A stretch of DNA of 62,297 nt, the filler included. It is 6 parts of 6 records of this genome, joined end to end, with 100 filler letters (N's around TTAATTAATTAA, not from the genome) between each part and the next. Parts side by side here need not be neighbours in the genome. Positions count along the whole stretch, not along the records: positions 28,979 to 55,595 come from SRR31156797_7198; 5 more parts are not named here. One strand, 5' to 3'. Positions 39,214 to 48,557 of this stretch are shown here, one piece after another (positions within the stretch are counted from its first letter, which is position 1; every line of letters begins with the position of its first letter). The notes under the pieces were generated by a model, which saw only the letters and a list, made by a program, of their open reading frames with translations, was not told the DNA's origin and ran no database searches. Position numbers and translations under genes: made by a program.

Positions 39214-39870
39214 ATGGACAGCGCCAAAGTCGCCATAGGTCCCATTCATACCGGAAAACTGATCATGGTTTTTTCTATCATGGTGGCGGTGGAGGCTCCT
39301 TTGCCGTTGATATCATGTCATGGGGGCTTTTCACCGCTGTTTCTTCTGGGAATATGGCGGTTGATTGAAGCGGCACTGATCATGGGGGTCGTTTTTGCAG
39401 GAAAAAGAGGCCTTTCCGTTGTGGGGCTTTCAACGGGAAAAATTCTTTCAGGATTCAGGCGAGGCCTTTTATGGTCGGCGGGCTTCGGAGGGATCGTCCT
39501 TTGGGTATGGGTTTCCCTTAAGGCCATGGGGATTGATCCGTTACCGTTCATTAAAACCCCCTTGCCGTTAAACACGGGTGACCTGATTCTGTTTTTCCTC
39601 GTGGGCGGCATTATCTCCCCCGTAACGGAAGAGCTTTTTTTCAGGGGTGTTGTTTATGGCTTCCTGAGGCGGTGGGGGGCGGTGCCGGCGGTTCTTATCA
39701 GCTCACTGGCGTTTGTTCTGGCCCACATGGATTTTAGAGGATTTTTATATATGCAGGTCTCAGGGGGGATTCTTTTTGCCTTGGCCTACGAGGTGGAAAA
39801 AAACCTCATGGTCCCCATCACCCTTCACATGATGGGGAACCTGGCCATCTTTTCCATTTCCTTTTTTTGA
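39214..39870 (+). CDS. CPBP (Abi/Rce1-like CAAX) intramembrane glutamic protease
   Basis: EELFFRG, FVLAH and HMMGN motifs; multi-TM. Confidence 0.92.
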   Translation: MDSAKVAIGPIHTGKLIMVFSIMVAVEAPLPLISCHGGFSPLFLLGIWRLIEAALIMGVVFAGKRGLSVVGLSTGKILSGFRRGLLWSAGFGGIVLWVWVSLKAMGIDPLPFIKTPLPLNTGDLILFFLVGGIISPVTEELFFRGVVYGFLRRWGAVPAVLISSLAFVLAHMDFRGFLYMQVSGGILFALAYEVEKNLMVPITLHMMGNLAIFSISFF

Positions 39871-39877
39871 GTGACCC

Positions 39878-41362
39878 CTAATTTCCAATGGTCCCGATAA
39901 AGCAGCCGTTGTCGTCATCATTTTTCTCCACCGTGACCTGGACCGTATCCGTATCCGTGAGGCCGCCGTTATCGGTTACTTCCAGTTGAAAGGTGAGTGT
40001 TTTTTTGTCGCCGTCAACACTGGGGGGTGAGAACGTCGGTGTGACGGACTCGGCATTGTTGAGCGTCACGGTTTCCCCATCCGTCTGGGTCCATTTAAAC
40101 AGGGGGATGCCGAAGTCCGGATCGGAAGAACCGGAACCGCTCAAGGTGACGGATTTGCCGGATTTTACGGTTTGATCGGCTCCCGCATAGGCGGTGGGGC
40201 CGGCGTTGGCGGTGTTACGACCGGTGTGTCGCGCATCGTGGTGAAAAGCGGGCCACAAGCCCGAGGCGAGGCGAACGGAAGCGGTTTCAACGGCAAAGAG
40301 TTTCCCCCCTTCCGTGCCGATGTAGATATCGCCGCCGAATCCCATTGATGGGGAAGCCGAGACCATCCCTTCGGCATAAAAAGCCCACTTCTCACTACCG
40401 CTGCTGTTGAGGGCATACAGATGCTGATCATTTGAACCAAAATAGATGCTTCCATCCGATGCCACAAGGGGTGTGGATCGAATGTAATTGTCAGCCCGTA
40501 AAAAAACCCAAACTTGACTTCCGTCATCCTTTGATAAGGCATATAGGTTTCCATTGTCCGAGCCCACCAGGATGGTGCCGTCCTCCCGAATGGCAGGCGA
40601 GGAGATTACTTTCTGATCGGTTTCAAAGACCCATTTAAGGGTGCCATCCCATTTAACGGCATACACTTTGAAATCATCCGAACCGAAATAAATGGTGCCG
40701 TCATGGCCGATGGCAGGGGAGGAATGGATGCTGCCGATGGTGTTATTGTTGGAGAACGCCCACTTCAATTTGCCGGTGGACTTGACGGCATAGAGTTTGC
40801 CACCTTCGGATCCCACATAAACGGTGCCATCGGAGGCCACGGCCGGAGAAGCGGTGATGGCGCCATCGGCGGAGAAAGGCCATCCGTTCGGTTCGCTTGT
40901 GCCGTCAGACTTGACGGCATAGAGTTTGGCATCTTTTGATCCCACATAAATGGTGCCGGCGGAACCGATGGCGGGGGAAGAAGATATGCCGCCTGTGGCA
41001 TGGGAAAATACCCATTTCTGGGTCCCATCCCCATTGACGGCGTAGAGGTTGCCGTCGTCGGAACCGAAATAGAGGGTACCGTCATGGCCGACGGCTGGAG
41101 AAGAATGCACCTCCCCCGGCGTTTTGAAAGTCCACTTGAGGATTCCATTGGTATTGACGGCGTAGAGGTTGCCGTCCCGGCTGCCCACATAAATGGTGCC
41201 GTCAGGTCCGATGGCCGGCGAAGAATCAATGCTGTCGCCCAGGAAAATATCCCATCTTTTGTCACCTTCAGCGGCCGGAAGGGGATGGGGGCGAAGGGTA
41301 AACAGGGTTAACAGCGTGAAAAATAGATAGATGCAGATCTCTCCAGGTCTTTTGTGTTTCAT
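39878..41362 (-). CDS. Secreted PQQ-like beta-propeller protein with PKD-like domain and C-terminal GCFI tail
   Basis: Signal peptide; about eight SSPAIGxDGTIYVGSxDGxLYAV repeats; PTAYAGADQTV domain; ends KNDDDNGCFIGTIGN. Confidence 0.88.
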   Translation of the reverse strand: MKHKRPGEICIYLFFTLLTLFTLRPHPLPAAEGDKRWDIFLGDSIDSSPAIGPDGTIYVGSRDGNLYAVNTNGILKWTFKTPGEVHSSPAVGHDGTLYFGSDDGNLYAVNGDGTQKWVFSHATGGISSSPAIGSAGTIYVGSKDAKLYAVKSDGTSEPNGWPFSADGAITASPAVASDGTVYVGSEGGKLYAVKSTGKLKWAFSNNNTIGSIHSSPAIGHDGTIYFGSDDFKVYAVKWDGTLKWVFETDQKVISSPAIREDGTILVGSDNGNLYALSKDDGSQVWVFLRADNYIRSTPLVASDGSIYFGSNDQHLYALNSSGSEKWAFYAEGMVSASPSMGFGGDIYIGTEGGKLFAVETASVRLASGLWPAFHHDARHTGRNTANAGPTAYAGADQTVKSGKSVTLSGSGSSDPDFGIPLFKWTQTDGETVTLNNAESVTPTFSPPSVDGDKKTLTFQLEVTDNGGLTDTDTVQVTVEKNDDDNGCFIGTIGN

Positions 41363-41459
41363 CTTTACCCCCAGCCGGAAAGTCGAATTGATCAAAACCT
41401 TTCTGTTACATTTCCAACATGCACATGTCAAGCGGGTTGTTTCCGTGCAGGGGGGGCGA

Positions 41460-41819
<360 letters not shown>

Positions 41820-43040
41820 TTAATAAGTGTATCCTGCTTCATTGTGTATGCTCGTGTCCATTCCCATCCGTTCTTCTTCTTCGGTGATCCTGAGGCCCAC
41901 CAGTTTATGGACCACTTTCAGGATCATCAATGTCATGATGAAAGCAAAGAGTACGGTGACCACAACCGAAACAAACTGGATCCACAGCTGCCCGGGATTG
42001 CCGAAGAAAAGTCCGTTGGCGCCGTCCGGATTGATTTCGGTGCTGGCGAACAGTCCGGTGGCAAGGGCACCCCAGGTACCGCCCACGCCGTGAATCCCCA
42101 CGACATCCAGGGAATCGTCATATCCAAGGCGCGCTTTCATCAGTACGCCCCCGTAACAGAAAGCGCCGGCCAGAAAACCGATGATCATGGAACTTATGGG
42201 CCCCACAAAGCCTGAGGCGGGCGTAATGGCCACCAGTCCCGCAACCGCTCCTGAAGCAACACCGAGGGTGGTGGGTTTTCCCCGATGAATCCACTCAAAA
42301 AAGACCCATGCCATGGCCCCCACGGCCGAGGCCACATGGGTGACCACGAAAGCGCCGGCGGCCAGTCCGTTGGCGGCCAGGGCGCTCCCCGCATTAAAAC
42401 CGAACCATCCGAACCAGAGCAGGGCCGCACCGGTAAGGGTCATGGGAAGGTTATGGGGGATAAAGGGGGTGGTGCCGTATCCCATCCGTTTGCCGACCAT
42501 GAGGGCTGCAGCCAGAGCGGAGATCCCTGAGCTGATATGCACCACCGTGCCCCCTGCAAAATCGAGGGCCCCCAGGCCACCCATCCATCCGCCCACGGCC
42601 CACACCCAGTGACAAAGCGGGTTGTAAACAAATGTCGCCCACAAAAGCGTGAAAAGAATCAGGGCGCTGAATTTCATCCGTTCGGCAATGGCCCCTGTGA
42701 TGAGGGCCGGTGTAATGATGGCGAACATGCATTGGAAAATCATAAAGGCCGATTGCGGGATGGTGGAACCGTAATCGGGGCTGGGCGCCATACCCACGCC
42801 CGCCAGTCCGAACATGCTCAACCCTCCGATGATGCCCCCGTGGTCCGGTCCGAAACTCATGGTGTAGCCCCAGAGGACCCATTCAACGGTAATAAGCCCC
42901 AGAATGATGAAACTCTGCATGAGTGTCCCCAAAACATTTTTGCTCCTGACCATGCCCCCGTAAAATAGGGCCAGCCCCGGGGTCATCAACATGACCAAGG
43001 CAGCGGATATCAATACGAAAACGGTGTCTCCTGCATTCAT
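41820..43040 (-). CDS. amtB: Ammonium transporter
   Basis: LMTPGLALFYGG, DFAGGTVVH, WFGWFGFNAGS and DDSLDVVGIHG. Confidence 0.97.
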   Translation of the reverse strand: MNAGDTVFVLISAALVMLMTPGLALFYGGMVRSKNVLGTLMQSFIILGLITVEWVLWGYTMSFGPDHGGIIGGLSMFGLAGVGMAPSPDYGSTIPQSAFMIFQCMFAIITPALITGAIAERMKFSALILFTLLWATFVYNPLCHWVWAVGGWMGGLGALDFAGGTVVHISSGISALAAALMVGKRMGYGTTPFIPHNLPMTLTGAALLWFGWFGFNAGSALAANGLAAGAFVVTHVASAVGAMAWVFFEWIHRGKPTTLGVASGAVAGLVAITPASGFVGPISSMIIGFLAGAFCYGGVLMKARLGYDDSLDVVGIHGVGGTWGALATGLFASTEINPDGANGLFFGNPGQLWIQFVSVVVTVLFAFIMTLMILKVVHKLVGLRITEEEERMGMDTSIHNEAGYTY

Positions 43041-43080
43041 GATGTTTTTCTCCTCCTCTGTTTTTTTTGAACCTAATCCC

Positions 43081-43096
43081 TGCATACGGTATGCCA
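43081..43096 (-). promoter_or_regulatory. Sigma-54 (-24/-12) promoter of amtB-glnK
   Basis: Minus strand TGGCATACCGTATGCA = GG-N10-GC, 40 bp upstream of amtB. Confidence 0.7.
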
Positions 43097-43326
43097 TTGC
43101 GGGATATAAGAGTATTTTGTTGTAAAAACAAAATGTTGAATCTGTTATGGGCTCCCATGGTGTAAAAACAAAAATGTATTTTCATGAAAAATAAATGACA
43201 ATAATGTAGGGTTTCCTTCTCTACCCCTTTATGGTTGTTGTCGGTCGGAAAAATCAGTACCATACCGTGTCAATACCTGATATAGAACTCCATACGGACA
43301 TCGGAATCGCAACAAGGAGACTTCAC

Positions 43327-44634
43327 TTGGATCGGATCATTTACCTCTCAATATCGGTGGTCATTTCCGTATTAATGTACCTGGCGTTCGTGCTGGTTTT
43401 AAAAACGGAAAAAGGAAGGGACTTTCTGAGGCGTCACTGGGTTTTCCACCCCAACGCCATTTGCCTCTGGCGGGTGATGATCGGTGCTTCGGGTACATTG
43501 TTGTTTTTCCTGGCAGGGCAACATGCCCTGGGGATCCTTCTGTTTACCATTTCAGCAGTCCTGGACGGTGTTGACGGGCTGGTGGCGCGCCAGTGCAACC
43601 TAACCACATCTTTTGGTGAGGAAATTGATCCCTTATGCGACAAAATGACCTATTTACCGCCCATTATGTTCTTTGCCTACCAGGGTTTTCTGAGTGTGAC
43701 GGGAGCATGGGTTCTGGTCGGCATCGAAGCGTGCGGACAGTTTGTGGTGCGATATATCATCAAGCGGTTTACCCTGTTTTCGGTGGCGGCCAATAATTTC
43801 GGCAAAATTAAAGCGGTTTTATGTTTTTCCCTGATTATTTACTGCTCCTTTCTGGATGATGCCCTGCCCATACCCGATTTTTCAAGGCAAATGTTGTATT
43901 TGTGCATTATCCTTTCCGTCTCGTCCATTGTCTTTAAAATCATACCGAACCGCTTTTACGCGGATATTTTATCCCTGCTGAATCTTTTTTGTGGCATCAT
44001 GGGGATCTTTCTGGTGTTTCGGGGATGGTATGCCTATGCCACCATGGCAATCCTTGCCGGACAGATTTTTGATCTCTTTGACGGTCGGATGGCCGAGAAA
44101 CATGGGGGTACCCCATTGGGACCCTGGCTGGACGATATCGCCGATCTGGTCAGTTTTGGCGTATGCCCTGGATTGTTGATCATTTTCAAAGGGGAGATGA
44201 CGCTTCCTTTTATCATCCTGGGAACCGTTTATTCCCTTGCCATCGGATACCGGCTGTGGCGATACCTCATGCACGACAAGAAAGACCATACCCTTCCCGC
44301 CGGTGTTTTTAACGGATTGCCGAGCCCGGCGGGGGCCATGGCGGCACTGGGCGCCTGTCTGTTCTGCACCCGGCCATGGGCAGTCATGCTCATCATCTGT
44401 ATCACCGCTTTTTTACTGGTTAGTCATGTTCGGTTTGTTCATTTTGGAAGGGTTATCCTGATCCGTTTGCCGCGCACCCTCATTGTCATGTTCGGTTTTG
44501 TTGTTGTATTTATGATCGCCTACCTCATAAAAGCCCGGGATTCGCAAATGCTGGGCGCCTTGCTCATCATCTGTTTTTTGACCTACGTGATTGCCAGTAG
44601 CCGCTTTTTGATCGGGAACCGCATTAAATCCTGA
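43327..44634 (+). CDS. Tandem double CDP-alcohol phosphatidyltransferase (PgsA-like plus PssA-like)
   Basis: DGVDGLVAR-x8-GEEIDPLCD and DLFDGRMAE...GPWLDDIADLVSFG...FNGLPSP; TTG start after aaggag. Confidence 0.85.
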   Translation: MDRIIYLSISVVISVLMYLAFVLVLKTEKGRDFLRRHWVFHPNAICLWRVMIGASGTLLFFLAGQHALGILLFTISAVLDGVDGLVARQCNLTTSFGEEIDPLCDKMTYLPPIMFFAYQGFLSVTGAWVLVGIEACGQFVVRYIIKRFTLFSVAANNFGKIKAVLCFSLIIYCSFLDDALPIPDFSRQMLYLCIILSVSSIVFKIIPNRFYADILSLLNLFCGIMGIFLVFRGWYAYATMAILAGQIFDLFDGRMAEKHGGTPLGPWLDDIADLVSFGVCPGLLIIFKGEMTLPFIILGTVYSLAIGYRLWRYLMHDKKDHTLPAGVFNGLPSPAGAMAALGACLFCTRPWAVMLIICITAFLLVSHVRFVHFGRVILIRLPRTLIVMFGFVVVFMIAYLIKARDSQMLGALLIICFLTYVIASSRFLIGNRIKS

Positions 44635-44658
44635 ATTCCTTGTCACCGGGTTTTTGAG

Positions 44659-45951
44659 ATGAACTACATTTTCTTTTTCATGGTATCGGCGGCGGTTTGT
44701 TCAGCGGGCTGGCGACAGATGTCTTGGACACCGGAGGCGGGGGGCGTTTCCCCCATGGAAATGCTTTCAAGATCGATGGTGGATTCCGCCGCGGGTTCGG
44801 TGGATCTGGCCCTGGGGCTGGTGGGGGTGATGACGCTTTTCCTGGGGTTGATGAAGGTTGCTGAATCAGGGGGACTTCTCACCATTGTGGCGCGCCTTAT
44901 CCGCCCTTTGATGGTGCGGCTGTTTCCTTCGGTACCTCCGGATCACCCGGCCATGGGGAGTATGATCCTGAACATGTCCGCAAACGCCCTGGGCCTGGGC
45001 AACGCCGCCACCCCTTTCGGTATCCGCGCCATGCAGGAACTGGACAGGTTGAACCCGGTTAAGGGGACCGCAACCGATGACATGGTCCTGTTTCTGGCCA
45101 TCAATACCTCCAATGTCACCCTCCTGCCCACCGGTGTCATCGCCATCCGGGCCGCGGCAGGATCCCATGATCCGGCGGGAATTCTGCCCACAACCCTTTT
45201 TGCGACCCTTTTCTCAACCATCATCGCCATCATGGCGGCAAAGTTCTATGGAAAGCTCCCGCTATTTAAGCGAACCCGTCCGGTGAAAAAAGAAGATTTA
45301 AAGGATTGCAGTGAGGATGAGACGGCGGATTCCCTATCCCGGGAGACCGGGTATCCCCTTTGGGTGAGCGGTATGGCCATGACAATTCTGGTCTCGCTTA
45401 TTCCCGTGACGGTCCTGTTCGGCCGTACCATTTCACCCTGGATTATCCCCGTCTTGATGTTGGGATTCCTTGCCTTCGGCCTTTTACGAAAAGTGCCGGT
45501 CTACGAGGTGTTTGTGGAAGGGGCCAGAGAGGGGTTTCAAGTGGCCATCCGCATCATCCCTTATCTGGTGGCCATCCTGGTGGCAGTAGGGATGCTGCGT
45601 GCCAGCGGCGCCATGGACCGGATGGTCGATTTTCTGGGAATATGGACCGAAAGGGTTGGAATGCCGGCGGATGCGCTCCCCATGGCAATTTTACGCCCCC
45701 TGTCGGGGTCCGGCGCCTATGGGGTCATGGCCTCCATCATCAATGATCCCGGCATCGGACCGGACAGTTACACGGGTTACCTGGTCTCAACCCTGCAGGG
45801 ATCCACCGAGACCACTTTTTATGTACTGGCCGTCTATTTCGGTGCGGTGCAGATCAAACGTATCCGCCATGCCCTGGCAGCTGCGTTGACAGCGGATGTG
45901 GCCGGTATTATGGCGGCCATGGCGGTTTGTTCCTTCCTTTATGGCGGATGA
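44659..45951 (+). CDS. SpmA/SpmB fusion (nucleoside-recognition GATE membrane protein)
   Basis: ANALGLGNAATPFG; FVEGAREGF, RPLSGSGA and GSTETTFYV. Confidence 0.9.
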   Translation: MNYIFFFMVSAAVCSAGWRQMSWTPEAGGVSPMEMLSRSMVDSAAGSVDLALGLVGVMTLFLGLMKVAESGGLLTIVARLIRPLMVRLFPSVPPDHPAMGSMILNMSANALGLGNAATPFGIRAMQELDRLNPVKGTATDDMVLFLAINTSNVTLLPTGVIAIRAAAGSHDPAGILPTTLFATLFSTIIAIMAAKFYGKLPLFKRTRPVKKEDLKDCSEDETADSLSRETGYPLWVSGMAMTILVSLIPVTVLFGRTISPWIIPVLMLGFLAFGLLRKVPVYEVFVEGAREGFQVAIRIIPYLVAILVAVGMLRASGAMDRMVDFLGIWTERVGMPADALPMAILRPLSGSGAYGVMASIINDPGIGPDSYTGYLVSTLQGSTETTFYVLAVYFGAVQIKRIRHALAAALTADVAGIMAAMAVCSFLYGG

Positions 45952-46032
45952 TATTGTAAGAGATCTAAAAGATGCCATTAGCGGTTAGCCGTTAGCTTTT
46001 TAATGAACCGGTCATTATAAGAGGAGATAAAC

Positions 46033-46314
46033 ATGAGCAACAATCCCAATCAAATTAACGTGGAATTCCCCAAGGAAATGGCAGGCGGTGTGTATGCCAA
46101 CAATATGGCGGTGACCCATACGTCTGAGGAGTTCATTATGGATTATATAATGATCGCTCCTCCGGCGGGGGTGGTCAAATCACGCATCGTGGTAAGTCCC
46201 GGACACATGAAGCGGATCATTCACGCGCTGCAGGAGAATCTTGAAAAATACGAGCAGAAGTTCGGTCCCGTTCAAACGGCCGAGGAACCGGGAAGCGAAG
46301 TGACGATCCAGTGA
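46033..46314 (+). CDS. DUF3467-like protein
   Basis: GVYANNMAVTHTSEEFIMD...RIVVSPGHMKR...YEQKFG; RBS gaggag. Confidence 0.8.
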   Translation: MSNNPNQINVEFPKEMAGGVYANNMAVTHTSEEFIMDYIMIAPPAGVVKSRIVVSPGHMKRIIHALQENLEKYEQKFGPVQTAEEPGSEVTIQ

Positions 46315-46344
46315 GCCAAAAGAAAAGATCTAATGGGTGAACAT

Positions 46345-47598
46345 TTAGTGAAACGAAAGGAGGTACGCTCTCAGGTTAATCTTTTTGTTTTTGATGCCCA
46401 GCTTTCGCCTCAAGTTAAAGCGATGGGTTAAGATTGTGTTTTTGGAAACGGAAAGTTTTGCGGCAATCTCGATATTGCTCTTCCCTTCCTTCACCAGGTT
46501 GGCCACGCGGAGTTCCATGGGCGTTAAATCCAGCACCCTGGATCCGATGTCCCGAACAAACGGTGAAATAACCTGTTCCAGGTTGGTTTCAATCACATGT
46601 AAATGGTTGGTCTGAACCGCGTCCAGGGGAGTGTTTTTAAGCTTTTCAATATAAGGGTTGACCAGGGTGCTGATGTTGCTGATGACCGAAGACTCAAAAT
46701 GGGTCCGGTCCTCCTCGCGGCGCCGCAACAGTATGCTGAAGGCGGTATTGGCTTCTTCCAGGCTTCGGGTTCTGGCGTTCAGTTCCTTTTCTCTTTTCTT
46801 GAGGTTTGCCGTATTCTTTTTTTCCAGTGAAATATCCCTTGAATAGACGGCCAGCTGTACCACTTTCCCTTTTGAGTTGACTACGGGATACATGGTGTTC
46901 TGTAAAACAAGCCTTCCCAGACGATCCTCAAACCGGCTCGGTTTCCCCGTTTTGATGACCTGGGCAACCTTCCCTTTTCTCTTTTTGGCAATCTCGGGCG
47001 GCAGGTAATCATATACGCATTTGCCCAGGAGTTCATCCAGAGGCGCCTTAAGCCTTTTGGCGGTCACCTTGTTTGCGGTAATAATATTTCCCTTGGGGTC
47101 CAGTAGGTGGGCTGCATCGGAAGAGGCATTGATAAGGGCGCTCATCTGGTCGTAGGTCTTTTCCAGATCCGCCGTGCGTTTTTTCACGACTTTTTCGAGT
47201 TCGTCATGCGCTTCCACCAGTGATTTCTCAAGTTCAAAATTATAGAGGGCGATCTTTATGGCGGAACTGACCTGCGCGTCAGTGAACGGTTTTAGAAGGT
47301 ATCCAAGGGATCGCGCCGGTTTCGCCCTTTCGATATACTCCTCCTCCGAATAGCCCGTCAGAAATAGTACCGGAATGTTCAACTCGGTTCGGATCGTTTT
47401 TGCCGCCTTGATGCCGTCGATCTTCCCTGGCATGACAATATCCATCAAAACAAGATCGGGCCGGGTCTTTTTGGCCATTTTAATGGCATCCTCGCCGGAT
47501 TCCGCCGTACCCCCAATTTCATATCCTGAAGATCTCAGGGCTTCAATCAACTCTGTGACGGTAATCACATCATCATCAACTATCATGATTTTAGGCAT
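46345..47598 (-). CDS. Response regulator with REC-PAS-LuxR HTH architecture
   Basis: IVDDD, LMDIVMP and KPF; PAS domain; LTPMELRVANLVKEGKSN. Confidence 0.88.
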   Translation of the reverse strand: MPKIMIVDDDVITVTELIEALRSSGYEIGGTAESGEDAIKMAKKTRPDLVLMDIVMPGKIDGIKAAKTIRTELNIPVLFLTGYSEEEYIERAKPARSLGYLLKPFTDAQVSSAIKIALYNFELEKSLVEAHDELEKVVKKRTADLEKTYDQMSALINASSDAAHLLDPKGNIITANKVTAKRLKAPLDELLGKCVYDYLPPEIAKKRKGKVAQVIKTGKPSRFEDRLGRLVLQNTMYPVVNSKGKVVQLAVYSRDISLEKKNTANLKKREKELNARTRSLEEANTAFSILLRRREEDRTHFESSVISNISTLVNPYIEKLKNTPLDAVQTNHLHVIETNLEQVISPFVRDIGSRVLDLTPMELRVANLVKEGKSNIEIAAKLSVSKNTILTHRFNLRRKLGIKNKKINLRAYLLSFH

Positions 47599-47709
47599 CG
47601 GCTAACCTCGTCTGATTTTCGAAAGGATTTGAAAAAAGGAAGTTCAAATATTGCCTTACAATTTCAGAACAGACTGAAAATGTCAAGGGAAACCATGGTG
47701 ATAAACGGA

Positions 47710-48552
47710 TTATTTTTTTGCGTAACTGTGAAGCCCCGCCAGGTAATTGACACCGAAATAGGTGAAAAGGACACAGGCAAAACCCACAATGGAAAGAATC
47801 GCAATCTTTTTCCCCGTCCACCCCTTCACCAGTCGCGTATGGATGACGGTTGCATATACCAACCAGGTGATCAGGGACCAGGTTTCTTTGGGGTCCCAGC
47901 TCCAGTACGTCCCCCATGCCGAATGGGCCCAAACGGATCCGGTGATGATACCTAAGGTCAACATGAGGAAACCGATGACGATCATCTGGTAATTGAGATC
48001 GTCCAGAATGGCACCGGAAGGGATAAGTTTCAGAAAAAAATTGTTATTTTCCGATGTTTCCAGCCGTTTCAACAGGTACATAATGCTGATTCCGAATGAG
48101 AGGGCAAAAGCGGCATAGCCAAAAAAACAGGTGATGACATGGCTGATCAACCAGTTACTTTTGAGCGCCGGGATCAAAGGCTGAATCTGGCTGTTGATAT
48201 TGGGGGAAAAAGAGGCATAGGCCATGGCCAGAAAGGCCAGGGGGGTCACGAAAGCGCCGATGGACCTGTTTTTGGTGCGCCATTCCAGGATGAGGTAGAG
48301 AAACATGAGCGTCCATGCAAAGAAAATCAACGACTCATAGAGATTGGAAAAGGGGGCATGGCCGATGCCCATTTCGTAGGACTCCACCCACCTTAGAATA
48401 ATGGCCAGGGTCTGGGCCGTAAATCCCAGAAGGGAGAGATAAGTGCCCAGACGGGAGAGAAAAGCACGATTCATGACCATGCCGGCCAGGTAAACCATGA
48501 ACGCCAGGAAATATATGAAGGTGGTATAGCTGAGAATCTGAGAGTTATCCAT
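47710..48552 (-). CDS. ccsA: Cytochrome c biogenesis system II permease (CcsA/ResC family)
   Basis: WAHSAWGTYWSWDPKETW WWD domain and GLHSY. Confidence 0.95.
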   Translation of the reverse strand: MDNSQILSYTTFIYFLAFMVYLAGMVMNRAFLSRLGTYLSLLGFTAQTLAIILRWVESYEMGIGHAPFSNLYESLIFFAWTLMFLYLILEWRTKNRSIGAFVTPLAFLAMAYASFSPNINSQIQPLIPALKSNWLISHVITCFFGYAAFALSFGISIMYLLKRLETSENNNFFLKLIPSGAILDDLNYQMIVIGFLMLTLGIITGSVWAHSAWGTYWSWDPKETWSLITWLVYATVIHTRLVKGWTGKKIAILSIVGFACVLFTYFGVNYLAGLHSYAKK

Positions 48553-48557
48553 TCGTA

